Positions 37,515-50,785 of a stretch of 63,156 bases of DNA are shown piece by piece; position 1 is the stretch's first letter, and each line of letters opens with the position of its first letter. The notes under the pieces were generated by a model. That model was not told the origin of the DNA and did not search any database. It saw only the letters and a program-made list of their open reading frames with translations. The DNA lies in the NCBI RefSeq assembly GCF_001447785.1, contig NW_015171584.1:38547-101702 (forward strand). Reading direction: 5' to 3'. Position numbers and translations under genes: made by a program. This stretch comes from Gekko japonicus. Its lineage: Eukaryota.

Positions 37515-38385
37515 GAATTTTATTGTTTATATAGCCAAAGGCCGTCACAATACAGAATTAGGATAAAAAAGAAAATAATTCTAATCATACATAGATAAAA
37601 CAGCAATTTAAAAGTATTTTTGCACAAATGAATACAGACCAGCTAATAATGTTATGAACAGTAAAATTTGTAAAAACAAATCTGGTTAGTCATAAAAAGA
37701 TTAATTTTCTGAGGCTGCAGTCTTAGCTCTGATTTTTGTGGCAGCCAAGGCGAAAAGAGACACTCTATAACTGATGAGTGGATCAGTGTCAGATAATAGA
37801 AAGACCAGCTTGTCAATGTCAGAGGAAATTTTTTGTCCTATTAGCAGATTATCAAGAAATTTAGATCTAGCTGCTGTATACATAGGACAAAATAGTATAT
37901 AGTGAAGAATGTCCTCGGGGACTGAGGCACCGCATATACAAGAACATAAAGCCAGTGGTATTTGAGAGTATCTCCCCAGTGAGACTCATAAGGAAGTGAG
38001 TCCCTTTCTGAGATTTTGAGATGTAATATTCACTAAATAAGGAGATCTATCATGATCTCTTTTGAATCGCTTAAACCAAGGGGAGAATTTAGAGATTGCA
38101 AAACTGTCCAATAAAGTGTCACATCTATAGATCCAGTTTTGTAAGCTGGTGCCAGTATTGAGAACCCCCAACAAATACTCTGGAATAGAATAGTAGGCAA
38201 GTACGTTGTTGTAACATGTAGACTAGGATGTATCTCTACATGACATTAGTTGAAAACATTGTTTGCTAAATATGTTGGTAGAGGCAGTATTACCTTTATT
38301 CCAGGATTTGAGTAAAACAAGGTGGACACGAGCCTTAACTGAGGGCATACCAAGTTCTGCCCTCATTAGGGCTGCAGGGGTCCCC
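37515..38385 (-). mobile_element. RTE-X-like LINE 3' portion
   Basis: ORF2 C-terminal CICG..EDILHYILFCPMY and LLSDTDPLISYRVSLF; minus-strand AATAAA near 37520. Confidence 0.65.
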
Positions 38386-40203
38386 TTGTGTAAGAAGGAG
38401 AGAGAGAAAAAAACAAGTAGGTTGAACTTTGGTTCAACCAGGACCAGCTTCAGATTTTGCGGGGTCCTGGGCAGAGAGTTCCCTAGGGTCCCCTTCCCAC
38501 CTACTGACCCATGCGTCTCACTTTCTGCCTGTACATCCTTCCCCTGACCTGCTCACAAACCCTCCCACTGCCCATGCTCACAGCCATCTGCACTTCTGAA
38601 GCCCTTTCCCTGATGGGAACTGGGCAGTGTATACAGCTCAACACATGGCTGGTAAAGCATTCAAAAGTGAGGTGGCTTGGAAATGGCATGTTGAGAAGGT
38701 TGGCAGCAGTGGGTTTTGCCAGTAGCCCTGGCAGCTGCCACCTGAAGGTATGCTGCTTCTGGTCCTAGGTTCTCAACCCAGGGTGATATGCATGTTGCCT
38801 CCACATTAGGTCTGCCAACCTCCAGGTGGGGGCCTGGAATTATCCTAGAATCACAGCTGATCTGCAGATTATAGAGATCAGTTCCTCTGAAGAAAATACA
38901 GGCTCTGGAGGGTGTACTATATGGCAATGCACAATGCTGAGGTCCTTTCCCTCCCCAATGCCCCTCCCCCAGGAATCTACCAGCCCAGGATTGGCTCCAT
39001 ATGCTCTCAGCTTTCATTCAAAAAAGGGAGTCACATTTCAGGGAGAAGCATGCTGTTGTAAAAGAATGTCTGCAACACCCTTTTTTTCCTTGGGAATTGG
39101 TAGGTTTGACAATTTTGGCATGAGAAATACCTAGAGATATGGAGGCCATACCTGGGGAATGGCAAAGTTTCAGAAGGGTTAGGGAGCTGAGCTGTGAGTC
39201 TGCCCTCCAAAGCTGCCATTTAGGGGTCCAGTTCTCTGTAGTTTAAAGATCAGCTGTGTAATTCTTGGAGAATTCTAGACCCTGCATTGGGAAATATAGC
39301 CAACCAGCTCATGTTACCAGAGCTCAGTGAACAGAACCTGTGCTGGAACCATATTCTCAACAGACAGAATTCAAACAAGAGGTGGGTCTAGAGAGATTAA
39401 ATTCCAGAGTCCCAAGTTAAACTAGGAAGCCACGGAGTGGGTAAATCCCTTTATTTTCCTTCATATAATGTTTGGGTTGAGTCTGAGTTGTAAGAAGGAG
39501 CCCAGATGTATCTTTATCTGGGGGCCAATGGTAGCTTTTGACAGCTCATCCACAGTGAGTAAGCAGTCTTGCATGGAGCAACCATCAAAAGTCTATAGAA
39601 ATTTTCAGGACTTAATATACTGTTAAGTACAGGCCACTCCACTTGCAATGCAGTCCTAACCAGAGTTACACATGAAGTAAGTGGTCTTATAAGGGTTAAG
39701 TTTGTTTGTTTAGGGACTGCATTGATACAGCCCTTTCATCAAATTAACAGTGTGCAGGCTAACATGCATTTACATGGAGTCCAGTATCATATTTTTGAGC
39801 CAAACCTATATTAAGAATTTTAAAATCAAGTTGAGGGTTTTTCCCTTTTTAATTCTTTTTTTTCTCCCTAGGTTAGCATGGATCAATGCAGGGCTTTTAT
39901 GCAGGAGCAGAAGGGCCACAATACAAAACCACAGTACAAAACCACAGATAGTAAACCTCTGAGTACCCATGGTAGGAGGCAACATCAGGGGGAGACCTAG
40001 GAATCCATGCCCTGAGTTGGCCACTGTATGATACAGGGTGCTGGTGGACCACTGGTTTGATCCAGTAGGACTTTTATAATGTTCTCTTGTACCAATTTCA
40101 TAAAAGGGCATATACCTTTCTTTGTCACAGATTACAATAGAAAAAGGAGTAGTCAAGGGCAAAAAAGTTCCCTTACTATCAATTGAGCAAAGTAGACAAT
40201 AAC

Positions 40204-40894
40204 TCACAGCCAGCCTGACCGGATGAGTGCTCAGCCTGATAAGGATACCTCCTCCTTGGAGAGGGAGGAACATCCAGCTGTGATAAAGCCATCAATCTTC
40301 AGGAACAGGAGATGCAAGCTCTGGACAAAATGCCAGCTGTAGCCAATCTGCCCTCTCCTCCAGCTGCAGACAATTTACTGTCATCCAGTCCAGATGTGGA
40401 TGAGAGGGAGGAGGCCAGGCTCAGCGTTTCTCCAACACCCCTTGAGCACTGTCACTGTCAGTGGAGATCAGACTTAAGAGCCCATCACAGTGAGCGTTTG
40501 ATGGATCATAGACACATGTCACCAGATGAGTACTTGCAGGGATGCTTGCCACAATTAGCAGCAGCTAAAAAGCCCTATAAATCCAGGAAGGGGGAAGCTG
40601 CTCATTGTGGATGCAACTTGTACCACAACTGCATCACCACCCACCTTGTTCCCTGACTTGCCAACCAGAACCTCTGTTGCTCTGAGCCTGGACTGAATTC
40701 TGGATCACCCGACTTCTGGACACCCGACTCTTGGACTGACTGACAACTCCCCTTTCCGGATACCTGACCCTTGGACTGCCTCTTGACCACTCTCCTGCTT
40801 GAACCTGTACTGTGAGTGACTACCTGGTACTGTCTGCCTGGTTGTTCTGCGGAACTTCTGCCTGCTCCCCCACCAGATCCACCAGGGCCAGTAC
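40204..40894 (+). mobile_element. probable Gypsy solo LTR
   Basis: Absent at the paralogous site in unit A (~28570). TATAAA at ~40576, repeated GAC(T/C)CTTGGAC units and terminal GGGCCAGTACA. Confidence 0.55.
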
Positions 40895-41399
40895 AACGTG
40901 GAAGAAATGGAATGCTTTCCCCCTATATCCAAAGCATGCCCACAAATTATATAAAAAAGGTAGACAGTCAACCTGAAAAGTGCAAAACTAATTTCTGGTT
41001 ATTCCTGGTGGAAACCTAGATATTCTCCAGCTTCCGTTTTCCCATACATCAGGCTTAAATTGCATACCGTCCTCCTTCATATTTCCAGCTCATTCAGAAA
41101 AGAAATACCCCCAAAAGGTCACAAAAGAAGGAATACCCTTTTTAATCCTTATCCTGGCCAAAGTCTTCTTCATTGTTAGAGAATTTCAATATTTTCTTCT
41201 TTTGGAATGGTACAAGGGTACAGTTTTGTTCATAATTCTACCCGGTGTTGTAATTTTCTTCAGCTTCCATCCTGTGCCGTGCTCTTCTTTGCCCTTCTTT
41301 GGCCACTGTGGAAGTTGCTGTGCAACACATTCTTCTGACCCTGCAATGGGCAAGGCTACCATTGGCTAGTCTTGGTTTTAGCTAGTCTTGGTTTTAGTC

Positions 41400-41555
41400 A
41401 GTTTTGTTTTAGTTAGGTTATAAGTTATGATGTAATTTTAATATTTTGTATTGTCTTACTGTTTTATTGGGTTATTAATTATACGTTGTTAGCCGTCCTG
41501 AGCCTCCGGGGTAGGGCGGGGTATAAATATAAATAAATAATAAATAAATAAATAA
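41400..41555 (+). mobile_element. L2-type 3' tail with (AAAT)n
   Basis: GTTAGCCGTCCTGAGCC...GGGCGGGGTATAAAT(AAAT)n. Confidence 0.6.
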
Positions 41556-43649
41556 TCCTTAGGATCATTCAGTCCTTTTGTCTATAGAGGTGAAGCTCAC
41601 CTGGCTTGCCTGGCCATGTGTGAGCCTGGCCACGTGCACGGTCTCTCTGGGTACACAACCCCCCTCCCCCCGGTCCAGATTTCCCCTAACTGACATAGTC
41701 CTTTAGGTAAGCCGGACTCTTCCATTCTCTTGCAGAGCGATGGACCTCCGGGGCCGGGGTCAAGCTCTCAGGTACCATTCCTGTCGAGCCCAGGGGAAGG
41801 ATGTCAGTTGTGGGTGCCTCTACAGGTGCCAGTGGACTGCTAGGCTCCAGGCTGGCCACTGGTCCTGCGTTGTTGCTGCTATCCCTTGGCTGCACTTGTG
41901 CGGTATCCACGAGGTCTCAGTGCAACAGATTGTCTTCCGAGTTGCCTTCCATCATGTCTGGGTCTATTGGCAGGAGGAGGCGGTGCAGTTGATCAATCTG
42001 CTGCCTCCATAGCTAGCCGCCTTTGCATGAGACCTCATAGGAAAGAGGTCAGGTCACCCTGACAACTTGTGCTGGGACCCAGGTGGGACCCCTGCCATAG
42101 TTTCTGGTGTAAACGGGGTCTTCTGGGAAGAACCCTCATGGAACCTCCTGTACCTCGGGGCCGGCACTGTGCTTAGGGGCCCAGTCAGGATGCAGGAGGT
42201 CTAGGCGAGTCATCAGGCATTGTCCCATCAACAGCTCTGCTGGGCTGCGGCCGGTAGTGGAGTGGGGGGGTCACATGCAGGCCAAATAGGAAGGCAGCCA
42301 GCTTGTAGTCCCAGTCCCCCTTGTCCATATGTCACAGCACCTCCTTCGTAGTCCGCACCATGCACTCTGCCTGGCCGTTGGTCACGGGATGAAATGGAGT
42401 GGAGCAGACATGCCATATTTTGTAATACTGCATGAACTCCTGAAACTCTGTGGAGGTAAAAGCTGTGCTGTTGTCCATTACCAATGAGTCTGGAATTCCC
42501 AGTCCACTAAAGATCCTCCACATCACACGAATAGCTGCCCAGGATGAGGTAGATGAGACCGGCACTACCTCCAACCATTTTGTGTAGGCATCCACAAGAA
42601 TGAAAAAGATTTAACCTTGGAAAGGTCCGGCAAAGTCCAGATGTAGCCTTTTCCAAGGCTTGTGGGATGATTCCCATGGACACATAGGTGCTTTCAGAGG
42701 CTCAGGCCTGGACTCCTGGCATTTCTGGCACCTTTTTACTGTATCTTCCACCTCACTGTCCAACCCTGGCCACCATGCATAACTCCGGGCTAGAGCTTTC
42801 ATCCTTACAATCCCCGGGTGGTGTTCATGCAAGGCAGTGAGTACTCGGCCTTGCAGTGGTGGTGGTATCACCACTCGGCTTCCCCACAACAGTCACCCCT
42901 TGTGTGATGACAACTCGTTGCAGCGAGACAAGAATGCTGACGCCAAAGAAAATAGCAAATATGAACCAAAACATGTCTAATAAGTGTTGGAAATGTAAAA
43001 AACATGAAGGTTCATTTTACCATATGTGGTGGACATGCGAGAAAGCTGTGGATTTTTGGACAAAGGTCCACAGCGAAATGCAATTTTTTTTGAAATGTTC
43101 CATCAAAAAAGCACCAGAAATTCTGCTCTTAGGTCTTAGAATGGAAGAGCTGAATGTAACTAAAAAGACTTTGTTATGGTATATGATCACGACTGCAAGA
43201 ATGGTGTATGCACAGTGTTGGAAACAAGAAAAAACACCAGAAATAGAAGAATGGATACGAAAAGTTCTGTTCACGGCAGAGATGGACAAAATTACGAAGA
43301 AACTGAATAACAGGGAAGATCTTGACTTTTTTGAAGAATGGAATGACCTTAAACTTTACCTGGAAAAAAAACTGGGATGTGAAGCACAATTTACTATGTT
43401 TAGAATAATATTGAGATTAATTGATGTTATCTTAAGATGTACTGGAGGGTCAAAGGGGGAAACATTGCGGGAAGCCACCAGGAGGGAGGGGGGATATGGG
43501 AATATAGGTACTGGTTTAAGAATGAGAATAGTGTTTTTTTTAACTGTAAGAGGTTATTTCCATGAAAATAAAAAATTCTTTTACCAAAAAAAAAAGAATG
43601 CTGAGAATTCTGGCCCAATTGGGCTGGCGATCTCTCTGGGTACACAACA
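41556..43649 (-). mobile_element. internally deleted Gypsy element (integrase, PPT, LTR starts), interrupted by L1
   Basis: LHEHHPGIVRMKALARSYAWWP, LHLDFAGP, DAYTKWLEV, PFHPVTNGQAE, and YLKDYVS* followed by a polypurine tract at 41660-41671. TCTCTCTGGGTACACAAC occurs at both 41642 and 43631. Confidence 0.85.
42941..43593 (+). mobile_element. 5'-truncated L1 with 11-bp TSD
   Basis: Close paralog of 1-793 with a poly-A tail; TSD AAGAATGCTGA at 42930-42940 and 43594-43604. Confidence 0.9.
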
Positions 43650-44759
43650 GAAGGAGATAGAGAAAAGAGACTCCTTTGCCTTTACAGTATTAGAACTACT
43701 ATGAGGGAGAATTGTGACTCTGAGTCCAGAAAGCTTTTTTAAAAACAAAAAACACCCTGCTTTACATAGGCAACAGTTATTGGAAGAGAGATTTGGCTAG
43801 AGTGAATGGGTTATTAAGCAGTATCTCCCAGTCAAGCCAAATAGTAAAGGATTATTGCTTCTTGAAAAAAGGAAGAATAATCTCTACCAATAAAAAGGGG
43901 TTGTGCTCTGAGGAGAGTCCTTGTCTCTGGTAAAGGGGAATAAGCTTTAGACGCCTCAAGAGTTAGTGGAAAGCTGTAATTTTCTAAGGAGAGAAATCTG
44001 GAAACACTAAGGAAGTATAGTGTTCTCCAAAGAACACTATTAAGGTCTTGTGTTATTGCTGAAGTATACAAAGAAAAGTACCTCTCAGTGAAAAAAACCT
44101 AGAAACCTCTGAAAAGAAGCTACAGCAATACTCTCTTGTATTTTTTCAGATTTCAGTTCTGGACATAGGAAAAAGTTTTACCTCAGGGTTTCTAATCCTT
44201 GACTTCTCTGATGTATATGCATATATATTTCCCTGCCAGTTAAATAAAATCTTTATTCTGTTTTGAAGGTTACTCTGCCCCAAGTGCCATTTTAAAAGGT
44301 TTTTTTTTAAAAAAGACAGCTCCCTCATTTCACTCAGGTTCCACCACTGGGACATAAACCCAAACAAGTATCTGTATCAGGGTGGGACAGTTTGGTCATT
44401 AAAGGAAAATAATCTATGAAATTTGATGGTGACTCAGTCACTGAGGGGAACTAAAGGGCTTCAGTGGGAAAATCTGCCTCTGAGCTGAGAAGTGACCAGG
44501 GTATGTTGTACCATGACACCACACTGACCATATATTTTAGCCAGTCTTCTCTCAATCAACATCTAATAGGATTCCTTCCCTGAACAGCCATCTCCTGATT
44601 TGAAAATCTACTCTCATACCTGCTTTATTCCATCTACAAGGGTCAAGGTTAGGTTAATCCTTGAGCACCAAAAGAGTGCAAATGAAAAACATTTCCACCC
44701 AACTTGTGATTTCCACTTTGTGATAATAACCATTTTACCAAACATATCCTATTAATATT

Positions 44760-44950
44760 AGGGGCTCTGGGGCAAGTGATGCTCTGTCTTCTTGGTACTT
44801 GGAGGGGTCAACAGTGGGAGGGCTTCTAATGTCCTGGCCCCACTGGTGGACCTCCTGATGGCACTGGTATTTCTGGCCACTGTGTGACAGAGTGTTGGAC
44901 TGGATGGGCCTTTGGCCTGATCCAACATTGGCATTTCTTATGTTCTTATG
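44760..44950 (+). mobile_element. CR1 3' UTR fragment
   Basis: GGCCTGATCCAAC...TTCTTATGTTCTTATG tail; absent from the unit B paralogous site. Confidence 0.7.
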
Positions 44951-45184
44951 AGAACAACAGGTTGGATCCAGCCAGGTTTTTCACTCACATTCTCCTTTTT
45001 CACCATCTGTAAAGCTGTTTGGATCCAACTTATTATGTGTTGGATGTCTTTCCTGTAGAATGAGACCTGAAATTACAGGAAAGGAAGGAGAAATAATCTG
45101 ACTACCACTTCCTTCAAAAACAAGATTGCCAAAATCTTAAGAAACTATATTATATGATGGTTAAACATCCCACCTTTAGTAAGA

Positions 45185-46114
45185 TCAAACTTTTCTATCA
45201 AACAATTTCTTCAGGCAAACCTTCACTTCTCTGTTTCTCAAGCTATATACAATGGGGTTAAACATTGGGATTAAAATGGTGTAGAACAAAGAAAGCAATT
45301 TGTTGATATCCATTGTCTCTTTTGATCTGGGACTCAGATAGACGATAGTTGCTGATCCATAGAATAAAGACACCATGATGAGATGTGAGGAGCAAGTAGC
45401 AAACACTTTCTTCCGACCTTCTGCTGAAGGCATCTTCAGAATGGCAGAGATAATCTTCACATAAGAAGCAACGATAAGGAAAAAAGGGAGGATTAGGATA
45501 ACTGTGGTAGCTGCAAACAAATAAACTTCATTCACAAAAATTTCAGCACAGGCCAACTCCAGCAATGGACTGAGATCACAGAAGAAGTGGTTAATTTCAT
45601 GAGAGCCACAAAAGGGCAAGGTAAATAGTAGATACACTTGCACCACATGCACAGGCATGTTGACAGTCAGTGACCCTGTAACAAGTCTTAAAGAGAGCTC
45701 TCTACTCATTATGAGTTTATAACGCAAGGGATGACATATGGCCACATATCTGTCATAAGCCATTGCAGCCAGAAGGAAGCACTCTGTGCTTGCTAGTACA
45801 AACAAGAAATACATTTGGACAGCACAGCCAGTAAAGGAGATGGTCTTGTTTTCTGCCAGAAAGTTAACCAGCATCTTTGGGAGGGTAACTGAGGTGTAGC
45901 AGATCTCAAGAAATGACAAGTTCCTCAAAAAGAAATACATTGGGCTATCTAGAGCAGCATCAGTCAATGTAACATAAATTGTAAGTCCATTTCCTAGTAT
46001 GATGCCCACATAGATGAAAAGGAACACCACAAAGAGCAGCACCTGTAGAACGGGGAATTCAGAGTATCCGAGGAGAATGAAGTCAGACAGTGCAGTGTGA
46101 TTGTCTTTTATCAT
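45185..46114 (-). CDS. olfactory receptor, class II, OR10-like (309 aa)
   Basis: Intact ORF with all OR motifs (MAYDRYVAICHPLRY, KVFATCSSHL, PMFNPIVYSLRN). Confidence 0.95.
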   Translation of the reverse strand: MIKDNHTALSDFILLGYSEFPVLQVLLFVVFLFIYVGIILGNGLTIYVTLTDAALDSPMYFFLRNLSFLEICYTSVTLPKMLVNFLAENKTISFTGCAVQMYFLFVLASTECFLLAAMAYDRYVAICHPLRYKLIMSRELSLRLVTGSLTVNMPVHVVQVYLLFTLPFCGSHEINHFFCDLSPLLELACAEIFVNEVYLFAATTVILILPFFLIVASYVKIISAILKMPSAEGRKKVFATCSSHLIMVSLFYGSATIVYLSPRSKETMDINKLLSLFYTILIPMFNPIVYSLRNREVKVCLKKLFDRKV

Positions 46115-46394
46115 TGTTGGTTGTGTCTTCTCTAGAATATCAAGGACAGGAAAAACACATTAATCACCCCATACAAAATTGCTATACATTTCCCATGACC
46201 AGAAATTCAGCAATTTCGTATATAGGTAAGCATTTAAAGTTGAATCTTATCTTGTATTTAGTCCTTCATACATGTACTACATGTGTGTAGTCCTGGTTTT
46301 ATCCTGCTAGTTTTTCTACTGATTAGAGGGGAAGATCTGGCCACCTTTGAAGACTGTTTTGCACATGATGCAGCATAAGCAAGCATACTTTCTG

Positions 46395-46600
46395 CCCTGA
46401 CATGGGTGGTCCAGGCTACCCTGATCTTGTCAGAAGCTAAACCGGATTGGCCCTGATTAGTACTTGGATGAGAGACTGCCAAGGAATTCCAGGCTCACAA
46501 TGAAGAGTTAGGCAATGGCAAATCACCTCTATTAATCTCCTGCCTTGAAAACCCTATAAGGTTGCCATACGTTTGCTGTGACTGTCAGAACATACACACA
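46395..46600 (+). mobile_element. 5S rRNA-derived SINE (unit C copy)
   Basis: GAAGCTAA..GG..TGGCCCTGATTAGTACTTGGATGAGAGACTGCC matches 5S A/C-box sequence. Confidence 0.7.
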
Positions 46601-47541
46601 CAGTACCCAGTACCTTCTGCAGTACAAGTGATCTCTGCTCCAGAAGCTGAGAATAATTTCTCTTAACATCCATTTCTCAGATCTGTAATTCAGACTTGAA
46701 TGATTATGCCAGTACATAAATTATAAATCATATACACCACAGACTCCTCTTTAATCACTACAGTTCATCTGTCATGAAAACTATAAATATGAGCGAAAAC
46801 AAAGAGCAGGAGATTTTCTTGGAGTTCCTGTCCCACCCTCTAATCTGTAACAGGTTCCCATATGGTCAAATGGGGGGATTTGGACTGGTAAACACTCCTT
46901 TGTCCTCACAGGATCACCTTTCAGGTTTAGACAGTTTTTTTTGAGGGGGAGGGGCTTCTCTTCAGCTTCTCCCTTCCCTCTGCACACCCACATTCTGTCT
47001 CCCTTTCTTTCCTCATAAGTAGCCGCTGTGGTTTAAGTTGCCTTCCTTTTGACTAGTGTTCATATTTCCTTTACCATAAACAAGATTAGCCATGGCTCGA
47101 AGGATTCAAACTTAAGTGTACTTTCCTGGGAGTAAGCCCCATTGAATAACATGGAATTTCTGAGGGGGCCTGCTTACAATTGCTCCCTCTCTTTTTTAAA
47201 AAAGAGAGTTTTACAGAACAATACTGAGCAATTTTCTGGGAGTGATCCTCACTGCATAACTCTGAGGAAGAACCCGAGTCAACCTGTTTAGGATTGCTGT
47301 TTTAGAGTATATAATTTGTGCTATATGGTATGCAAATAAAGACATTTACACTAGTGTCTTGAGAATTCAAAATTGCTGCTGTTATGAACAAACTTCTTCT
47401 CATTGCTTCAGCCATGTGGTATACTAACTGTCTTGCTACAACTAAAATTAGTTCTCATGAAATACCACAGAAATGCAGGGAAGAACTTAAGTATGGCCAA
47501 CTAAACTTCCATTGCTTTCTTTGGGAAATAGTAATCATGAC

Positions 47542-47747
47542 CAATGTTCCCTCTAAGCTATGGAGTCCTGTGAGCAAAAATTCTACTTTGTGAGCTACCG
47601 GCATTAAAGTTGTGAGAGAGTGATTTGGCTATGGCATGAATGAGTTTGCTCTGGAGCCCTCCTTCGTGAGCGAAGGCAAGAATGTGTGAGCCAGAGGCTA
47701 AAAAACTGTGAGCTGGCTCACACTAACTCAGCTTAGAGGGAACACTG
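47542..47747 (+). mobile_element. hAT MITE with perfect 8-bp TSD
   Basis: TIR CAATGTTCCCTCTAAG / CTTAGAGGGAACACTG; TSD ATCATGAC on both sides. Confidence 0.9.
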
Positions 47748-49720
47748 ATCATGACTTAGTTTTACCAGTACTGTGGCCAAAAATCATAGCCAAACTATAA
47801 CCTTCTTATTTATTACCTTTTAATACCTCAGTAAAACTATAACCACCACTCTTCATACGAGTATATTTCAGAAGTGCTCCCATTTATAAATAGACATATA
47901 GGGCTGGATCTTAAAGTTCTGTTTCACTAACAGTGGAGATGTCTGCCTTTTTCTGATGGAAGAGGTTTGTTCTGTAAGTGGAAGGTTCTATCAATACCAG
48001 TACAGAACCTTTAGATGTATATAATTTAATGGATCAATCAGTTACAAATTGTGATTGCAAATTGAGAAATTAACCAATAGACTTTCTAGCCAATGAAGCA
48101 ATGAGATGCTAAGTATAATTGAGTCTGTGCATTTAGGAACGATTCTGTGAAATTAAGCAGATCATGAGGGAGAGGGCAGGAAGGGTTGCATCACTGCTTA
48201 GTTCTCATGGCCCTTTCTTACAGACCCAGGGAAAAGTCAATTGCCACTTTGGGGTCAGGAAGCAATTTTTTCCAGGCCAGTTTGGCCAGGGATCCAGGAG
48301 TTGAGGGGTGTTTTTTTGCCATCTTTGAAATGTGGAGCAGGGTCACTGGGGGAGTGGGGAGAATTTCCTGCACAGTGCAGGTGGTTGGACTTGCTCATGA
48401 GTCAATACGAATCTTTTAAACAGATACAAAAACAATATTATATCTACAGTTAAAAATTGCACTACGTATCTCACTCCTTTATCACAGAGCTTAACATAGC
48501 ATATCCAAGGTTCTATAAGCTTTCTCATGTAAAAAGATACTAGATCCAGATCTGCTGGAGTAATATTATTATGTCACATTAACATGTTAACATTGCAGAT
48601 GCAATACATAGAAAAAATCTGGTTGACCATCACCATTCCTGTCTTCAGATCATCAGCAAGCATGGGAAACCCACAATAGATTTGTGATTTCTCAGCAAAG
48701 CACTCGCAATTCACCAGATATTCTTTATGCACTATTTGTAAACTGGTATACTTCGGAAAAATGAATAATTCATAATTCATTTTTTACCTCTCCAATTGTA
48801 TATTTGTATAAACTGGGCAGCCATGAGTCTTTTCTTGGTGTTTCTCCCATGTTCTTGCTACATATATATAGAAGCCGTCTGTGTACCATTCAAATACAAG
48901 TTCATGTGATGAAATACTTCTTGGGTTAAATTCCACTGATATATGGTGTTATTGTTCCAAACAATAAATAAATGGTGTTATATTGGGAAAGCATCTTGAT
49001 CTTCCTGATTAAATGTGAGAAAGCAAAGATATTATATCAAATCAAGCACCTTCTATGACAGTTAATTTATACCCACAGGAATATTTTGCTAAGACAAATA
49101 AATTGTGAGTAAATTCACAAGGGACACATAACTCGCCCATGATTTATTTTGGAAAATCACAGCACAGCTATGCCCTAAGACGATGAAGTTATTTGTCTCT
49201 TATGATACATTCATTCACTTGAGAGGATGAAGCATGAATGAATATCTGGTGTCTCCATACAATCACCTGAATATCTACAAGTGCATGAGAAAGCAATCAT
49301 TTTAATGGAAGCACAGGGTAGACACAATTCCTGCACACAATTTTTTCCCTCCCTTAACCCATGTGTTCCCGCAGAGTGTTAAACAACATGTTACACACAA
49401 ATATATCTAAATGAAACCCAATAGCCCCTTTTAACCCTGAAAACCACTAAAGATATGTGTGATTGACAAAGCAATCCTAAACACAGTTATACCCTTAGAA
49501 GTCCATTAACTCAATGAATTTTGAAGGTATAGGCTTGCTTAGGATTGCAGTGTTAAAGCAGGAATTTATGGAATTTCATAGCTATTCTGGTTCAATCAGA
49601 AGTATCTCTGACAAACAACCTTTCAGAAGTCATTGACTCCCCATGTAGATATGTATCTATATGCATCAAAAGATGCATAATCTAATTGAACAGTGCCTTG
49701 AAGATGTGCACTGGGGAGGG

Positions 49721-50781
49721 TGTTAGAGAATGAACTTGATATTTTGCTTTATGGACTACATTTATTGCTACACACAATGGACTGTGCGCACACACACAGG
49801 CTCAGAGAACTGTACACTTTAATCACCTGTTGTGATGCAACACATAGAAGGTGCCTGCACAAGCCCTACACATGTAAATAAGGTTTCAGCTACACAGTTA
49901 CCAGCCTGGTGAAGAAGCACACACCTCCATTATTGTGAGCAGTAAGAAACAACAGCTTTGAGAAGAGACAGCCCCCATCGCAGAAATAGTTGTAGTCACA
50001 TATGACACATCACTGCTTTGTTCCTGCTTTGGTATTTCCTGCTAAATGGACATTTGGTTTACAATGGAATGACCAGCTTCATCAGCACTACAATGAAGCA
50101 CCCTGATGCCAAGGTTTTCACACCTGCCCAGACGCCCTCCTTAGAGTAAGGTATTAGATTTCAATATTGGCCACTCCTGGTAGGTAACCACCCATCCCTC
50201 CATGCAACCAATAGGATTGCTTTTGGGACGGATTAACAGGGAGGTGGGCCAGGAGGTTGGCACGGCCACCACCCACCTCCTGGATCCCCCGATAAAAGAA
50301 GAGAACCAGTCACATGGTCTCTCTCTCTCTCCTACTTGATCAACTAGCATCTCCCCTGCAACAACCCCTGTCTGTTTTTACCCCTCTTAAGTCCCACTTG
50401 CTATCCCTAACCCTTGCCTCCACTGCCCACACGTTCTGGCTGGTTCTGGTTGTGTGTGAATTCCCTTAGTTCTTCCCCTCCATTCTTCATTGGAACAACC
50501 AAAGCTGCGAAGACAGATAAGTATTGCCCATCATCACCCCCACCTGCTAATGCGAATGTGATTATTTTAATACTGTATTTCTAAGGAACTTGATTGAATG
50601 TGTGAGTGCATCAGTATTGCTTGTATGTGATTTATTTTCTCAAGTAAAAGACATCTATTTTAATCACAATAGCCTCGAAATCATTTACTGGTAACCCTTG
50701 GTGCGAACAGGACCTTGGTATAGTTGGCAAGGACCCATTTATAAATTGCCAATTGCTGTAAATAAAGCAATTCGGCTAACA
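49721..50781 (+). mobile_element. 1.06-kb solo LTR inserted in a SINE head, 4-bp TSD
   Basis: TGTTAG...CTAACA termini; TSD AGGG at 49717-49720 and 50782-50785; empty site in unit A (~26600). Confidence 0.85.
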
Positions 50782-50785
50782 AGGG

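Larger units (their letters stand above)
29230..41350. repeat. segmental duplication unit B (3' flank + OR + 5' region)
   Basis: Colinear with units A and C outside unit-specific TE insertions. Confidence 0.8.

Noticed and set aside
42856-43704. 282-aa ORF
   Set aside because: Chance read-through from antisense Gypsy sequence into an L1 fragment and its UTR; the TSD shows it is an insertion junction, not a gene.
43740-44480. possible old L1-like fragment
   Set aside because: Only vague similarity with no diagnostic motif; not supportable without a search.
46395-46490. 5S rRNA gene
   Set aside because: Diverged, lacks proper 5S ends and continues into a SINE tail; the same applies to the other three copies.
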